Assembly (NCBI GenBank): GCA_010909165.1
Contig: VJWM01000103.1
Coordinates: 186,001-250,000 of the forward strand
Reading direction: 5' to 3'
DNA from: Anthoceros angustus
Lineage: Eukaryota > Plantae > Anthocerotophyta
Length of the DNA: 64,000 nucleotides
Shown: positions 62,741-64,000 of the stretch, piece after piece
How the letters are laid out: each line of letters begins with the position of its first letter
Numbering within the stretch: the stretch's first letter is position 1
Notes under the pieces: model-generated
Database searches by the model: none
Told to the model about the DNA's origin: nothing
The model's input: only the letters and a program-made list of their open reading frames with translations
Translations under genes and position numbers: made by a program

Positions 62741-64000
62741 ATGACAGAGATGGATGCCAACCTGAGGCTTCGCCCTCCTTTAGTTCGTCTTTCAGTTGTG
62801 GTGGTGTCGCTTTGCGTCATCTATGTGTTCGCAGGAGCAGCCTTGCCTGCGGGAGGTCAAGGTGGGGCTCCGGGTCCTTCATCGTGTAAGTACACTGCCA
62901 AGCCCCAACTTGTTGGTGTCCCTGTGGATTTTGATACACGCAAGGCAAGGAACCTTGAACAGGACGATATCTAACAGTCTTTCACATCCTAGCAGGTCCT
63001 CTGAGTCTCCAAACCAGTCCATCCCCAGATTGTGGACCACAGATATCGGGGAAGAGCGGACTCGAGAGCTCCAAATGCTGTCTGGAGGCACTCGCCAACT
63101 TCTCTCAGTCTCTGGCAGCTTACTGCAACACCACAGGGACCCTCTTCCTGGAAACCGAACAGGAACAGTCGTGTGCGACGGAAGCCGTTAACAGAGGGCT
63201 GGTTGACAGGAGCACCTGTTCCATCTTCCCCCCTGCATTCACAGCCGACGGCACCGGCAGCAAATGCTACTTCCACACTATCAAGCAATTGCAGGGGGCG
63301 CTCTCTGACGAAGGTTCCGGACCCAGCTTGGCCAGCGTGGACGCAGCTTGCCAGGGTATGTTGGGTGCCGACCCCGATAAGTCTTGCTCCACATGTCACG
63401 ACTCCTTCCTGAGCGCCACCACCTCTCTCCAAAAGTGGGCACAAGACGATTCGGACCAACCTGCTTGTGGGGCTGCCCTGCTGGTGGCCTTCTCAAGCTT
63501 GCACGCCGCGCAGCTGGACAGGATGCAGCCCCTGTATGACTGCATCCACCTCCCCTTCTTGACAGGTACGCCGTTTCCGTTTCCCGGTCCGTCTGATGTA
63601 GCTCTTCACACCATGATTTGGTCATTTTGGACAACAGATGTCTGGTCACTGGCTGTTTCTGATAAAGTGTCCCCTGTGATGTCGCCAAGGAGCTGCAGCG
63701 AAGGGATTGCAGGCGGGCGGTGAAACCATCCATCATGTCCCTCGCGTCGAGTTTGCTACCTTTGTGGTGGTGATTCTCATCATCGTGACCATCATCAGCA
63801 CTGCAGCAGCCGGCATCACGTACTATCGCTATCGGCACCACCGCGGGAAGGAGGTGAAACCACCCAGGAAGCTCACAGCGCAAGGCACAGAGAGTAAGGA
63901 TTCTCCCTGGACAGTGCTCCCGATTAGGCGTGATGCTACCGTAGAGTTTTGTAAGTGTAACACAATCTGAAGTGAGAACCTGCGTGGGCGAGCAGCTGAC
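62741..64000 (+). CDS. SPARK-domain receptor-like kinase, 5' part (kinase domain presumably beyond the window)
   Basis: Exons 62741-62861, 62996-63565, 63699-63950. Signal peptide; Cys-rich ectodomain C...CC...YCNTTGTLFL...C...C...C...C...CSTC...C...C; TM helix FATFVVVILIIVTIISTAAAGITYY followed by RYRHHR; juxtamembrane VEF at the donor site. Confidence 0.8.

Overview
Eukaryotic nuclear DNA from a gene-dense land plant with short GT-AG introns (mostly 80-200 nt). A bryophyte-like nad1 insert and the gene content suggest a seedless plant, possibly a hornwort; this is inference. No prokaryotic operon, CRISPR array or phage was found. Gene models were built by hand from splice sites, reading-frame phase and remembered family motifs; no database search was run. 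Left to right: a Spen-type RRM+SPOC gene; a BAM2-type beta-amylase; a gag-only copia relic; a signal-peptide legumin-like bicupin with RY/TATA promoter; a partial beta-amylase duplicate; a class III peroxidase pseudogene; a phytoglobin with an unusual extra intron; a secreted L-type lectin; a TE/NUMT-rich desert (nad1 and group II intron piece, MITE, tRNA-Asp relic); a divergent DUR3-type transporter; an ML-domain lipid-binding gene; an At1g75180-family gene with a 1.4-kb tandem duplication that is probably an assembly artefact; a CD2BP2/LIN1-like gene with an OCRE domain; a TIR-flanked Mutator-like element; two Ty3/gypsy remnants, one with a PHD finger; a DUF179 gene; an unrecognised multi-exon gene; and the 5' part of a SPARK-domain receptor kinase cut by the window edge. 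I found no single unambiguous new system. The best leads are the divergent DUR3, the 4-intron phytoglobin, the TIR-flanked MULE/SWIM family, the PHD-retroelement, the SPARK RLK, the orphan gene and a duplicated block sitting upstream of both heme-protein genes.
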